From assembly GCF_032191835.1 (NCBI RefSeq), contig NC_083223.1, positions 100,192,001 through 100,256,000 on the forward strand: a stretch of 64,000 bases of DNA. Direction: 5' to 3'. Shown here one piece after another: positions 1 through 11,894 of the stretch. The position numbers and the translations under genes are program-made. The DNA is from Heteronotia binoei (lineage: Eukaryota). Position 1 is the first letter of the stretch, and each line of letters starts with the position of its first letter. The notes under the pieces were generated by a model that saw nothing but the letters and a program-made list of their open reading frames with translations, searched no databases and was not told where the DNA came from.

Positions 1-1072
1 AGAGACTGCTTCTAGATAGCCTCCCTTCACTGTGTGTGCAGATGCAGAAGCCCTTTATATATACATATGTAAATTTTATACAAACCTGAGGCCTACCAAG
101 AAATTATAGCTATATATAGTATGGCTAGTTTTACTGGAGTCTACTGTGGTGCACCCTATTTTAAACAGTTTTGTGAAAATTATGTGCTATTTCAAAGTAA
201 GCTTTCCTTCTTAGAAAATCAGTATTCCCTTTCAAAAGGTAGAATGTGGGGCTCACACGCTTGTGTCCCCAGACCCCACAAAGCCTGAAGACAGAAATGT
301 GGGTGGATCATGCATTTGGCATATTGGCCTGAGTCGCCCACATTGTGTCTGAAAGGCTAAAGGGCGCAGACATCTTACACTCGTATTCTTGCTTCCTTTT
401 GCTGACACAAGAACACAAGATTCTTACACCCGTGTTCAAACTACATTTTTGCGGTCCTCAGATAAATCTATTCCTGATAACTGCTGAGCTGGTATTACTT
501 CCTCTAGACTTTGAAGACACGACTTCATGGACATATGACTTCCTACTAGGGCTTTTGTCTGTTCGATGCTGTAAGCTATTTTTATTCTTGGCGCAACTGA
601 GGCAGAGATAAATAAACCCTTGCTCAAAGGGGCAAGGCAGACGCATTCTCTCCTGAACACGTGTTGAGAGTCTTCATTCCTACAGTAGAAGATGCTATAA
701 AAGCACATTTCATCTGAGCCTGGGATGAACTCATTTATGGAAGATGTCAGATAATTATAATGGCAAGATCCCAAAAGGCAGCAAGGAAAAAGAGCAGAGA
801 TTTCAATGGAAGGTATCACAGAAGGAGCAGATAGTAGTGATACTGATGAACAAAAAACCCCAGATACTTCATCTGTTGCTTATGCAACTCTGCAAAGTGC
901 CATGTGCACTAGTAACAAGGAGCAACAGGAAGATCATGCATCTCCTGGAAATACTTCACTATTATTTGCATTTGTATCATTAAGGTTGTTGAAAATTCAA
1001 TGCAGAAAACAAAAACCTATTAAATCATGAGCTCTATCTATTGATGGGTGGCCAGTCTGACTGTACTCTGGA

Positions 1073-1393
1073 AAATTGTAAATATAAACGTTGTTAGCCA
1101 TGGCTAACAACGTTTATATTTACAATTTAAAAACCAATAAAATACAGTTACAATTTAAAACCATTATGTGGTGCCGTACCACTTCAATATAAGCGAGTTC
1201 TTTTCTGATGGTGATCACATAGTATCGTAGCTCTATAATGATGTGGGGCGGCAGTCCTCTCCCAGTAAGATATTAAAGGCCTGTTTGAACAGTTCAGTTT
1301 TGCAGGCCCTGCAGAAAGTAAAGAGATTCCACAGGGCCCTTATGGCCTCCGGGAGAGGGCGGGATAGAAATTTAAGGTAAATAAATAAATAAA
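1073..1393 (+). mobile_element. Rearranged L2 LINE 3' fragment (internal inversion, perfect palindrome at 5' junction)
   Basis: 3' end GGGAGAGGGCGGGATAGAAAT plus (TAAA)n tail at ~1350-1393. 1101-1349 resembles the reverse complement of L2 3' sequence (compare 6430-6680). Confidence 0.5.
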
Positions 1394-2439
1394 TGTATAA
1401 AATTACAACAAATATAAGAAAGAGCAGTCATTACTATCAGTGGCCACTACAGTTGGCCTAACTTTGCAGTGTTAACATGAAATGAAAAAAAGCAAGATGT
1501 CTACAAAGTTAAAGCAACACCTGCCTGGCAACTGTGAGAAACATGGACATGCTAAAACAAGGCATGCACGTGTGGGTGTAAAACACATTTTTCTCATCCA
1601 ACCCTCCTCCCCCGGCAGCCCAAATTCCTCCTGAAATGCTGCTCCATGGGTTCCATCTCATTACAGTCACAAACACAATATTAATCCTTGGGGAAAAAAC
1701 TTGTAATAATTTATTTGCATTGAAATCAGAGGTCTTTCCCAATACCTTGCTTTTCTTTAGGACTTCTGTATCACTCATCTGTCCAGACAAGCCTGCCCTG
1801 AAGAAGATGAAGACTGAAGGGTCTGATGGGAAGGAAAGTGAAGGAGAATGCACAGCAGTGCTGTGTGTTGAGCAATCCCTGGCAGTGATCAAAAGGACAA
1901 GGAAGAAAAACAGGGGCAGAGATTGAGACTAGCTCTAAATCTCTTGGGATTTTCCTGTGGTGAGGAACATGGCAGAAGATGGATGGTCCCAAAAAAACCT
2001 GCTACAAAATACAGGGGTGGGGAGGGGTTATACTTATATGGGAAAAGGAAAACTGTGATAGTCCATGAACCTCTGGATTGGAATTGGATTGGTGGTGCCA
2101 AAAAGATTAAATTTAAATTTGCCCATTTGGATTTAACTGCTAGGTGGGATATTAGCAAACCAGCCCACATGAAAAGGGGAGGGGGAAATGACCCAATGCC
2201 ACAGAGAGGTTCTTAGAGCTCTTGTATAAGCTCTTGTAATAATATATCATACGCATGGTTCAAAGTTAACCTGGACTTGATCTGAGTAGCCTGTTGATTT
2301 GAAAAAGAAGCAGCTTCAAAACCAGCCGAATCCAGAGGCATGGTTGCCAGTTCCAGCCAATGTGGGTAGTGGTTAACATTCAGGGGAGTATCCTGTTTAT
2401 GAAAGCTGCAGCTATTGATTTTCAGGTAACTACTTACCA

Positions 2440-2570
2440 GTTTGGTGTAGTGGTTAAGTACACAGACTCTTATCTGGGAGAACCAGGTTTGTTTCCCCAC
2501 TCCTGCACATGCACCTACTAATGTGACCTTGAGCCAGTCACAAGCTCTCACAGAGCTGTTCTGCTCAAGA
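2440..2570 (+). mobile_element. Squam3-type tRNA-derived SINE, partial
   Basis: CCAGTTTGGTGTAGTGGTTAAG head, GGGAGAACCAGGTTTG B-box-like region, GTGACCTTGAGCCAGTCA core. Ends are approximate. Confidence 0.65.
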
Positions 2571-2929
2571 AATAAATGGGCTGGCTCTTGAAAGCACTGT
2601 TTTGCACTGTTTACCTGGAGGATAGGTTTCAAAAGGTGGTTCTGGGGACTGCTTGCCCTTGGCTTTTGGGGTCCCACAAGGCCACATCATTAAAACACCT
2701 AAAATTAAGCTACACATACAAAATTAAAAATAAGATGGTAAAAAGGGATCGCTGAGGGAACACTAGAAGAAACAAAGGTTTTACCCACTGGCAGAAGGGG
2801 TAACAACTGAAGGGGATAGGCAAATCTCTCTAGGGAGAGAGTTCTAGAGTTTTGGTACCATGACTAAGAATGCCCTCTCCAGGATTACCCACTTTATTTT
2901 GGGTCCCTTCTTTGTTCCTTTCATGAATT

Positions 2930-3068
2930 GCTTAGCCTTCCATCCTTCTGAGGTCAGTAAAATGAGTACCCAAGCTTGCTGACTGGGGAAGGCAATGGCA
3001 AACCACCTGATGCGATGTCACCCCAGAGTCAGAAATGACTGGTTCTTGAACAGGGGACTACCTTTTCC
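2930..3068 (-). mobile_element. Sauria SINE fragment
   Basis: Reverse complement matches the Sauria SINE copies at 54334 and 60549 (GGTTTGCCATTGCCTTCCCCAG, GACTCTGGGGTGAC). Confidence 0.65.
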
Positions 3069-4062
3069 TTTTTTCCTTTAATATAATTTTACCCCAGAAT
3101 ACACATGTGTGCACTTATCAGATAAAGGGGGTGTTCCAAATGTTGACAGTTAAACATGTGTAAGTCATTTGGCTAACAAACTGTGATGTACCACTGATTT
3201 CTGATTCTGCAAGGACTTTCTTTAAAGTTAACAAAGAAGGAAACTGCAGGATCTTTTGTAAAATATAATGGCAGATATCCAAAAGGGATTATTAAATTAG
3301 GCAATCCAACAAAAATGGAAACAAAACAGAAGGGTTTAAGCAGAAATAGGTATTTGAAAACCGAACATAATTGATTCCAGAACTTTCTATTCCAGGTTAC
3401 TTAAGAGACGGTACATCTAACCAGTCTTGACTCGTCACTAAGATTGTCAAAGTACAATTCTCTGGGCCAAACAATGTGCACAGCAGTATGGGAATCAATA
3501 GCACAGCATGTGTTATTTTGAAAAACAGAACACCTAGCAACCTTAAATGTAACCATCTTGGCTAATTGTTCTGTATTTTGCTAAGCTTTCAAAGCAGCAC
3601 TTTTTTCTTTGAAAACCCTTCTTTGAAGGAATGTTTATTACATTTTTAGAAAAAAAACACTGAATTGTAAGTAGGAAAGAGGTACACAGATATATTCATT
3701 TCAAAATGTCACAGGCATTCTCGTTCATTTGCCCAAAGAATCTCATTCAACATTCTTTCTATACATGCATTTAGGGTTTCACAGAGGCTAACTCCTGCCA
3801 CTAAACACAGGGAAATTCCTGTCACTAAATGGGTCACAGCCCACACATGCAATTGCTTCTCCTTATTGGCTCACTTCAGAAGCTCTCAAATCATTAGGTC
3901 TTATCAGGGAGTAGTCCTCCATCAGATCCTAAAATATATTCACACTTTTGTTGAAAGAAGGGATCAGTGTGAATGACAAACAATTAGGATATTCTGCTAA
4001 TAGTGCAATCCTGCTGACTTCTTTTCTTGATCATCTAGAAGAAGATGAAGATGATATTGGAT

Positions 4063-4320
4063 TTATATCCCGCCCTCCACTCCGAAGAGTCTCAGAGCGG
4101 CTCACAATCTCCTTTACCTTCCTCCCCCACAACAGACACCCTGTGAGGTAGGTGGGGCTGAGAGGGCTCTCACAGCAGCTGCCCTTTCAAGGACAACCTC
4201 TGCCAGAGCTATGGCTGACCCAAGGCCATTCCAGCAGGTGCAAGTGGAGGAATGGGGAATCAAACCCGGTTCTCCCAGATAAGAGTCTGCACACTTAACC
4301 ACTACACCAAACTGGCTACA
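4063..4320 (-). mobile_element. Squam3-type SINE
   Basis: Reverse complement has the tRNA-like head (CCAGTTTGGTGTAGTGGTTAAG) and the L2-like tail (GAGGGCGGGATATAAAT). Confidence 0.75.
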
Positions 4321-6853
4321 CCAATCTAGGCTGAATCTTAGCATCCATGGCTGTAACATAATTCCCTCAATTTCCAGAGTTCCTTATTACTAGTGTGCAG
4401 GACAACAAAAGATAAGAAGAGTTTGAGGAATGGAAACCAGCATAGATCCCCCAATCCTAATTTCAATTCTATTACCCATGATAAAACAGCATTTAAAACC
4501 CTGACTTTCACAGTGACAGTCTTGGTAGTTGATTATTTTAAATATTTATATGCCACTTCATGTATATACTCATGCAAGGTAGCTGACAAACATGACAAAA
4601 CAGCTTTACATATTCAAATAGTACTGTACATAATACTTGTAAGGGCATAACATAATGGCACAGAGATAAAGATACAAAGCAAAGGTAGGAATAAATAGTT
4701 TGTGCTGTTGCTATGCAATGGGCACATGAAATAATGAAAGGAAGATCTCAAACAAGTTACATGCAATATCACTTGCATGACACAAATAATATACAACTGA
4801 TATATGCATGATATACAAAAGTGGTAGGAGAACTGGGAATTATAAAATCACAGAGTTGGAAGGGACCTCTGGGGTCCAGGGCCAATGCGTGGGAGGCCAG
4901 GTAGGAGGCCACCTAGGGCACCATCTGGCCTACAGGGGTACTACTGAGTGCCCCCTCCCCCACTGCCCTTGGTTCTGTGCAGACCAAGGAAGCCAAGAGC
5001 AGTGGGACAGCACATCAGTGTGTGCTCTCCTCCAAGCCCACCTTCCCTTGTAAGTGCTAGGGCTCCCCAACTTGGTTAGACATGGGCATCATTTGAGCAA
5101 GTAATTTATTTCTTCTGTTAAAGAAAAAGTGTCACATGTATGATCTTTGGTTGCATCTCCAAATGAGAAGGTAAAAACATCTATTCCTCTGTGTCTCTGC
5201 TGAGTTCATTAACAGCAACAGGCACTGGAGAAAACACTACTATAAAATCAGAAAGACTATTATAAAATGCATATGTTAAATATATGATCTCTCCCCCTTT
5301 AGTTTAATGCACATAATAGCAATGTTGTCTACATGATAAAAGGTACTTGGAGCAAAGGCATACTTTGTATGAAGGCAATTACTTGCAAGTAAATTGCTAC
5401 TCTCCTCATACGCAAGTAGATCTGCTTAAAGTTAATATTCCCTATGATGTCTGTACAGATGCTGAAAAGAATACTGCAGAGGGAGAAGTTAATACCTCTA
5501 TTATACCCTCGCAAAAAATCTCCTCTAAAAGTGAAGTCCTATAATGAAAAAAGCTATTGAGATGAGGTGCAAATGGTTCATGGGATAGAACCTAGGAAAC
5601 CCAGTTGGGGCAGGCACACCCATAGTGGCTGATAGTATGGCAAAACACCAAAGAAAAGGCTTTATGAATTGGAGAACATATGAAAGCTTTTTTTAGAAGT
5701 AAAAATCCTATTTTAAGAGCTCAGGAGTGAACCCTCTCACAAATCCCAAGCCTACCCTCATAGGCTCAAACATGGTTAAGGCTCAAACATGGTTAAGGAT
5801 TACATCTTATCTTAAGCATGGCTAACAGAAACCATTCCCCTCCCAATCAGCACTTGCAAACAATGGTTATAACAAGAATGCTAGTCAGCATTAGTTTCAG
5901 TTATAGGTAAAGGAGGTATAATTTTTAAACATGGCTAAAGTTGTTCACGGAAGAGCAAGGGGATATGTGCCAGGCCTCTCTTGATTTGTTAGTCATGGCT
6001 GATGATTGCAAGTGTATCTGCACTAGACTGCACTGGCAAGTAAAGAAATAAATGGGCATTAATGTTTATACATAGCTCTTGAAATCAACTGCTTGGTGAA
6101 GAAAGGAGAGACAAATATCCAAAGACTTTTGGCTTCTTATATCCTCCGAAGGCACCATAATTTAACATGACTGCTGGGCAGAGACAGAGGACGTAATAAA
6201 TCACAGCAAACCTGTTCATGTTTCTGGTTATAGAGAACAGTATACATCAGGATACTGCAGACAGCAAACATACTGAGGGCAGAAACCTGGAATAGGGACT
6301 TTCTGCTAGTCCAGTAATTCCGGAGTTTTCAAGTCAGAAAGCCTAAAGTAGATGAGTCAGTATTTATTATTTATTTATTTATTACTTTTCATTTATATCC
6401 CGCCCTCTCCGCAAGCGGACTCAGGGCGGCTTACAACATTATAAAACAATTAATCCAATAAAACATATAAAACCATAATTTACATATCAACTTTAAAACC
6501 ATTCTATAGCGCTATTTCAATCCAGTATAGGCGGTATTGACTTCTTAACTATGATCAGACCCACCGGTGTCCGGTGGCAGCCCTTTTTCAGTTAGATCAC
6601 AAAAGCCTGTTTAAACAGTTCGGTCTTACAGGCCCTGCGGAACGCAGATAAATCCCGCAGGGCCCTTATAGCTTCTGGGAGGGTGTTCCAAAGTTCTGGC
6701 GCTGCCACCGAAAAAGCCCTGGATCTCGTTACACATAGCCTGGCTTCTCTTGGGCCAGGGGCGGACAACAGATTTTTTGTCCCTGATCGCAGTGCTCTCT
6801 GGGGGATATATGGGGAAAGGCGGTCCCGTAGATAGGCAGGTCCCTGACCATAG

Positions 6854-7274
6854 TGTCAGAACTTGGATGAACTTCAGTCAAGTCCGATACTTGTTACAAG
6901 TTAGGATCTTTATTGAAGAACTACAGTGCTAGAGTAACGAAATAACAGTAATGGCGATTCTTGGCAGTTGGTTACATTTTATGCCAGCAGCAAAGCACAA
7001 TAAAACAATTATTCACACGGTCTCAAACAGTTGTCTCGTCTTCCCAGCTTTCGTTATCAGAAGGGAGGATGCTCCCCTGTTGTGAAGGCCAAACGGCCTG
7101 TCTTCAAAGGGCACCTGTGGATGCTAAGCAGAGACTATCTGCCGCCTGCCCTACTGCCCTAAATATTTGGCATAGCAGAGGGGCCAGGGTTAATGACCGT
7201 TGTCAGGCACTCTAAATTACAGCATGGAGTCAGTTTGGTCAATGCAAGCAAAGTAACAGTTACAAGTTCTGACA
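6854..7274 (-). repeat. Gypsy 3' LTR
   Basis: TGTCAGAAC...GTTCTGACA termini. One substitution seen versus 11895-12315. Confidence 0.97.
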
Positions 7275-7297
7275 TACTGCCCCCCCTAAGCTCTTCG
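7275..7297 (-). other. Gypsy polypurine tract
   Basis: GAAGAGCTTAGGGGGGGGCAGTA (- strand) immediately precedes the 3' LTR. Confidence 0.75.
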
Positions 7298-9634
7298 CCT
7301 TGGGCTTGTGTGGGTACAGTAGGTGAAACTTTTTAAGCAGTTGCGGGGCAGATACATCGCTAGCTTTCACCCATTCATCACAGCTAGGGGGAAAGTATTT
7401 CCACCTGATAAGGTAGTACAGTACCCCCCTTTGGACTTTAGAGTCCAGGATTTCCAGCACCTCATGGCGACTCTGACCCTTCACTAGGGTCGGAGGCGGT
7501 TCCGGGGGGCGAGGATGAAATTGCGTAGCTCCAGGATCCTTGCGAAGAAGGCTGCAATGAAAAACAGGGTGGATCTTACTTAATGATTTGGGCAACTCTA
7601 GTTCCACGGTCACTTTGTTGATAACCTTTTTTATTTTGAACGGACCCGGGTATTTTAGCGCAAGTTTGCGGCACCCCTGCGGAAGGGGCAGGTTTTTAGT
7701 GGACAGGAACACTGTCTCTCCCTCTTTCAATTCCCACTGGAGGGCATGCTTTTTGTCAAAGTGCTGTTTGTATTCCTTTTTCGCCTCCTCCAGATTCTCT
7801 TGAATCACTTTCCACCCTTCCCTCAGTCCCTCCCACCATTGTTGGCATGAAGTGGGTTCCTGGGATCCGGATGGCAGGGAGAGGTTGGGGAACGGTTTTC
7901 CTTCATACCCATTGACTATTTGGAACGGGGAGGTTTTTGTGGAGCTATGGAGACTGTTATTGTACCCATATTCTGCGAGGGGGAGGAGCTCCACCCAATT
8001 CGTTTGTTGGTAGTTGATATAGCACCTCAAATATTGCTCGAGAAGCCCGTTCACCCTCTCCTTCTGTCCGTCCGTTTGCGGGTGGTACGCGGAGCTAAGC
8101 CCCTGCTCGATGCCTGCTAGTTTGCAAAACTCCCGCCAGAAGTTGGCAACGAACTGTGGCCCGCGGTCGCTAATGACCTTTTCCGGGAACGAGTGTAGTC
8201 GGACCACGTGATTAAAGAATAATTGGGCCAACTTCTTGGCTGTGGGAAGTTTTTTGCAGGGGATGAAATGGGCTTGTTTGGAGAAAGTGTCAACTACTAC
8301 CAGTATCACTGTTTTCCCTTGGGAGGGAGGTAGTTCTACTATAAAGTCCATTGACACTACTGCCCATGGGCGATTGGCCATGGGGAGGGGAACGAGATGA
8401 CCCGGGGGCTTCCCTCCCCGCCGTTTGGACATGATGCAAGTGGGGCATGCGAGCACGAATTCAGAAACGTCCTTCTTTAGTTTGGGCCACCAGAATTGTC
8501 AGATGATCAAATTGAGGGTTTTCACATACCCGAAGTGACCCGCTAGGCGGTTAGAGTGGCTCTGTTCCAAGACCTCCTTCCTCAGGGACTTAGGCACGTA
8601 GACTTTCCCCTTGTGAAGCCAGATTCCCCCCTCACCCCTCTCGAGCCCTTCAGGGCGTTCACCTCCCTCCAACTCTGCCTCTGTGGCGAAGCGCTCCTTT
8701 TCTGGCAACTCAGGGGTCCCGGGTTTTTTTCCTGAACGGGTGGTGACCCCCCCTGCGACGGCCGAGGGGGGAATGAGAGAATCGACTACCTCCTCCCTCT
8801 GACTTTCGTGCTGAGGTAGGCGGGATAGTGTGTCGGCCAAAAAGTTCTTGGTGCCGGGGATATATTTTAATACAAAGTCAAATTTAGCAAAGAACCCCGC
8901 CCATCGGATCTGCTTGGCAGTCAGTTTGCGGCGGCCGGTGAGGGCCTCCAGATTTTTGTGATCGGTCCAAATCTCGAAGGGGACTCGGGCTCCCTCTAAC
9001 CAGGATCTCCATGTCTTTAGAGCAAACATTACTGCAAACGCCTCCTTGTCCCAGACCGACCAGTTTCTTTGCTCGTTTGAAAATTTGTGAGAGATATACG
9101 CGCAGGGACGTAGTTCCCCCTCTTCGTTCCTCTGCATCAATATGGCTCCTACGGCGACATCGGAAGCGTCGCGTTGCACCACGAAGGGTTTCAATTCATT
9201 GGGGTGAGCCAATATTGGTTCAGAGGTGAAGAGTCGTTTGAGCTCTTGGAAAGCTTGGTGGCACTCCGGCGTCCATGTTAGGCGCGCGCCGGGCTTTTTT
9301 GCTTCATCCCCTTTTCCCTTTGTTTTTAGAAGCTCTGTGAGGGGGAGCATCACCCGGGCGAACCCCTTAATGAATCCGCGGTAAAAATTTGTGAACCCGA
9401 GAAAAGATTGTAGCTGCCGTCGGGTTCGGGGAGGTTCCCAATCTAGAACCGCTTGAATTTTGGCGGGGTCCATGGCCAGCCCCTCCCCCGATACTCGAAA
9501 TCCCAGGTAATCTAGTTCCGTCTTGTGGAACTCACATTTAGACAATTTAGCATACAGTTTGTTCTTGCACAAGGTAGCCAACACCTTCCTCACCAAGGGT
9601 ACATGCGATTCGAGATCTTTCGAATAAATAATGA

Positions 9635-9778
9635 ATTTATTTTAATGTGAATTTTAATGTGAATTTAATGTTTTTATTACTATTGTTTACCTGAAATGCT
9701 GTTAGCCGCCCTGAGCCTGCTTCGGCGGGGAGGGCGGGATATAAATAAAATTTTACATTACATTTTACATTACATTAC
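9635..9778 (+). mobile_element. Short L2 3'-end insertion in the Gypsy RT
   Basis: GTTAGCCGCCCTGAG...GAGGGCGGGATATAAAT plus (ACATT)n tail. 9-bp TSD AAATAATGA (9626-9634 and 9779-9787). Excision restores YLDDIIIYSKD. Confidence 0.88.
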
Positions 9779-10294
9779 AAATAATGATGTCATCAAGGTA
9801 CACCACTACCCCCTTATACAGAAATTCTCTTAACACTTCATTTATAAAGTTCATGAAAACCCCCGGCGCCCTTGCAGCCCGAAGGGCATCACTAAGTACT
9901 CAAACTGTCCCATGGGTGTGTTGAATGCTGTTTTCCACTCGTCTCCCTCCTTAATCCGTACGCGGAAGTACGCGTCTCGGAGATCGAGTTTGGTGAAGAT
10001 CTTTCCCTCGGCCACTGTGTTCAATAGGTCTCTTATCAGCGGGATCGGATAAGCATTGGACATGGAAATCCCGTTTATCCCGCGAAAATCTGTGCAAAGT
10101 CTAAGCCCCCCGTCCTTTTTCTTGCGGAATAGGACCGGGGCTGCATGGGGGGCCGTGGCCGGCCGGATGAAACCCCGCTTCAAATTTTTGTCAATGAATT
10201 TTCTCAGTTCCGCTTTCTCTGCCCACCCCATTGAGTACAGTTTTGCCTTCGGTAGGGTCTGCCCTGGGATCAGTTCGATCAGTTGCGGCACTGA

Positions 10295-11843
10295 TTAAAG
10301 CAGGTCGTTGTCGTTTCCCGCCGACTCCTGCTCCCAGGACTCCTCGCTGGATTCTTCTACGGTGGTAACATCCTCGTCAATCGCCAAGGAGGTGGCGGCG
10401 GCGCCCCGACTGGGCTCCTTCAAGCGGCTGCCTTTCTTTTTCTGTGTGGTGGACGCCGGTTTGGGCGGCGGCGGTGTCGGCGTTGGTTTCACCGGGCAGT
10501 TGGCGGCTAAGTGGTTGGGGTCCCCACATCTGAAGCACTTCCGAGCCGTGGCCGAGGGGGTCGAAGTCGCGGGGCCTCGTTTCCCTTCCACTTTACTCGG
10601 GGAGGGGCCCGGCTTCCCCCCCTTCTTGCCTTGTTGCTGGCGTCGCATCCCGACATGCTGGAGGTCTGTTTCCACCTCTCCCGCCAGCTGGATCCAGCCC
10701 ACCAGGGTGTCCGGTCTCCCCTGGTGGTAACACCGATCTAGGATGTTCGCGTTCAGGCCGTTCTTGAACGCGGTGTATTTCATCACTTCGTTCCAACCCC
10801 TGGCTGCCGCGCAGAGGCCCATGAATTCAGTGGCGTACTCGCGGGTGGTGCGGTTGCCCTGTTCTATCCTTTGCAGGGCCGCGATGGCCTTCTCCTCTCG
10901 TAGGGGATCTCCATACTGCCGGAGCATCGCCTGCAGGAAATCGGCCACCGTGGCTAACTCGGGCTTCCTTCCCGTGTAGAGCCCCACGTACCATTTCCGA
11001 GCCGGCCCTCGTAGCTTGGAGGCGATGTGGTCGACTCGGCTCGCCTCTGTAGGGTAGCCCGCTCCCCAGTGCGTAAAGAACGTGTTGCACTGGATCGTGA
11101 AGTACTCCACCTCGTCTCCGTCCCCATCGAACGTGATTTTTAGTTCTCTGGCCCCCCCCGTCGCCCCCGACCGGGGCGGCAGGGGCCGGTATCACCGGAG
11201 CAGCCGGTCCGCCGGGTGGTGGGGCTGGGGGGCCCACCGGGGGACCGGCGGGTGGTCCTGCGGGCGGGCCTGCCGGGGGGCCGGCTGGAGGACCGGCTGG
11301 AGGGCCCGCCGGGGGGCCCGCTGGAGGACCCGCGGGAGGTCCGGCTGGGGGACCGGCCGGAGGACCGGCTGGAGGACCCGCTGGGGGGCCTGCTGGACCT
11401 CCTCCGCCCGGAATCTGGCCCACGGGTACTGCCCCCTGGAGTGCTCGTATTTGATCGCGAATCGCCCCCAGGTTCTGCTGCATCTCTTCTGCCATCAAGG
11501 TTCGAGATGCATGGACCTCGTCGTGGATCTCCTTCACCCAATCGAACAACTCGTTGCGTAGTGTTCGGATCGGGTCCCCTCCGCCGTAGGTGCCGAGCCC
11601 CTCGTCTCTGGGCTCGTCCCCTTCGTCCTCTCCGCCGCCCGTAGCGAGGATTCGGTAGCGTTGCTCCGCGGCCTCCATGGCGGCCGTAGACTTCCTCGGG
11701 CTCCAGGTCCGGGAGGGGAAGGCGTCAACGGAAAAAGGCGCGGGGACCTTAAGCTTCCTCCTCGCTCCGGTCACCTTCGGGTCGAGGGGTTCCTCGTCGG
11801 GTGGGATGTTGGGCTCTCCGTTGTCTGGAGCCTTTGCCGCCAT
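10295..11843 (-). pseudogene. gag: Gypsy gag with (PAGP)13 repeat and CCHC knuckle; +1 frameshift
   Basis: ATG at 11843. The frame switches at a G8 run (11152-11159). Retrotransposon gag core, CFRCGDPNHLAANC knuckle, G GGA AAC slippery site at 10319-10313. Confidence 0.88.
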
Positions 11844-11881
11844 CGGGCCAGGTTGCCAGTACAGATAAGTCCAAAATAAGG

Positions 11882-11892
11882 ATTACTGTTAT
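11882..11892 (-). other. Self-priming primer-binding site (non-tRNA)
   Basis: ATAACAGTAAT lies 2 nt after the 5' LTR and is perfectly complementary to ATTACTGTTAT in the LTR (11993-11983). There is no TGG tRNA-type PBS. Confidence 0.75.
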
Positions 11893-11894
11893 AA

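Larger units (their letters stand above)
7260..10319 (-). pseudogene. pol: Gypsy pol (RT, RNase H, integrase, chromodomain); disrupted, no protease
   Basis: RT LRLCTDFRGIN, KLDLRDAY, YLDD. RH DASD/TDHKNL. IN HHCC, DDE (MDF, SDRG, ERVN), GPF motif. C-terminal EVLEILDSK..YYLIRWK..DEWV chromodomain. Lesions: TGA at 8499-8501, indels near 9861-9870, L2 insertion at 9635. Confidence 0.92.

Noticed and set aside
5763-5798. 17-bp direct tandem duplication GGCTCAAACATGGTTAA
   Set aside because: Only two units with no spacer; a trivial local duplication, not an array or CRISPR.
11082-11644. Several 130-160 aa ORFs on both strands
   Set aside because: Shadow frames of the GC-rich 12-bp gag repeat.
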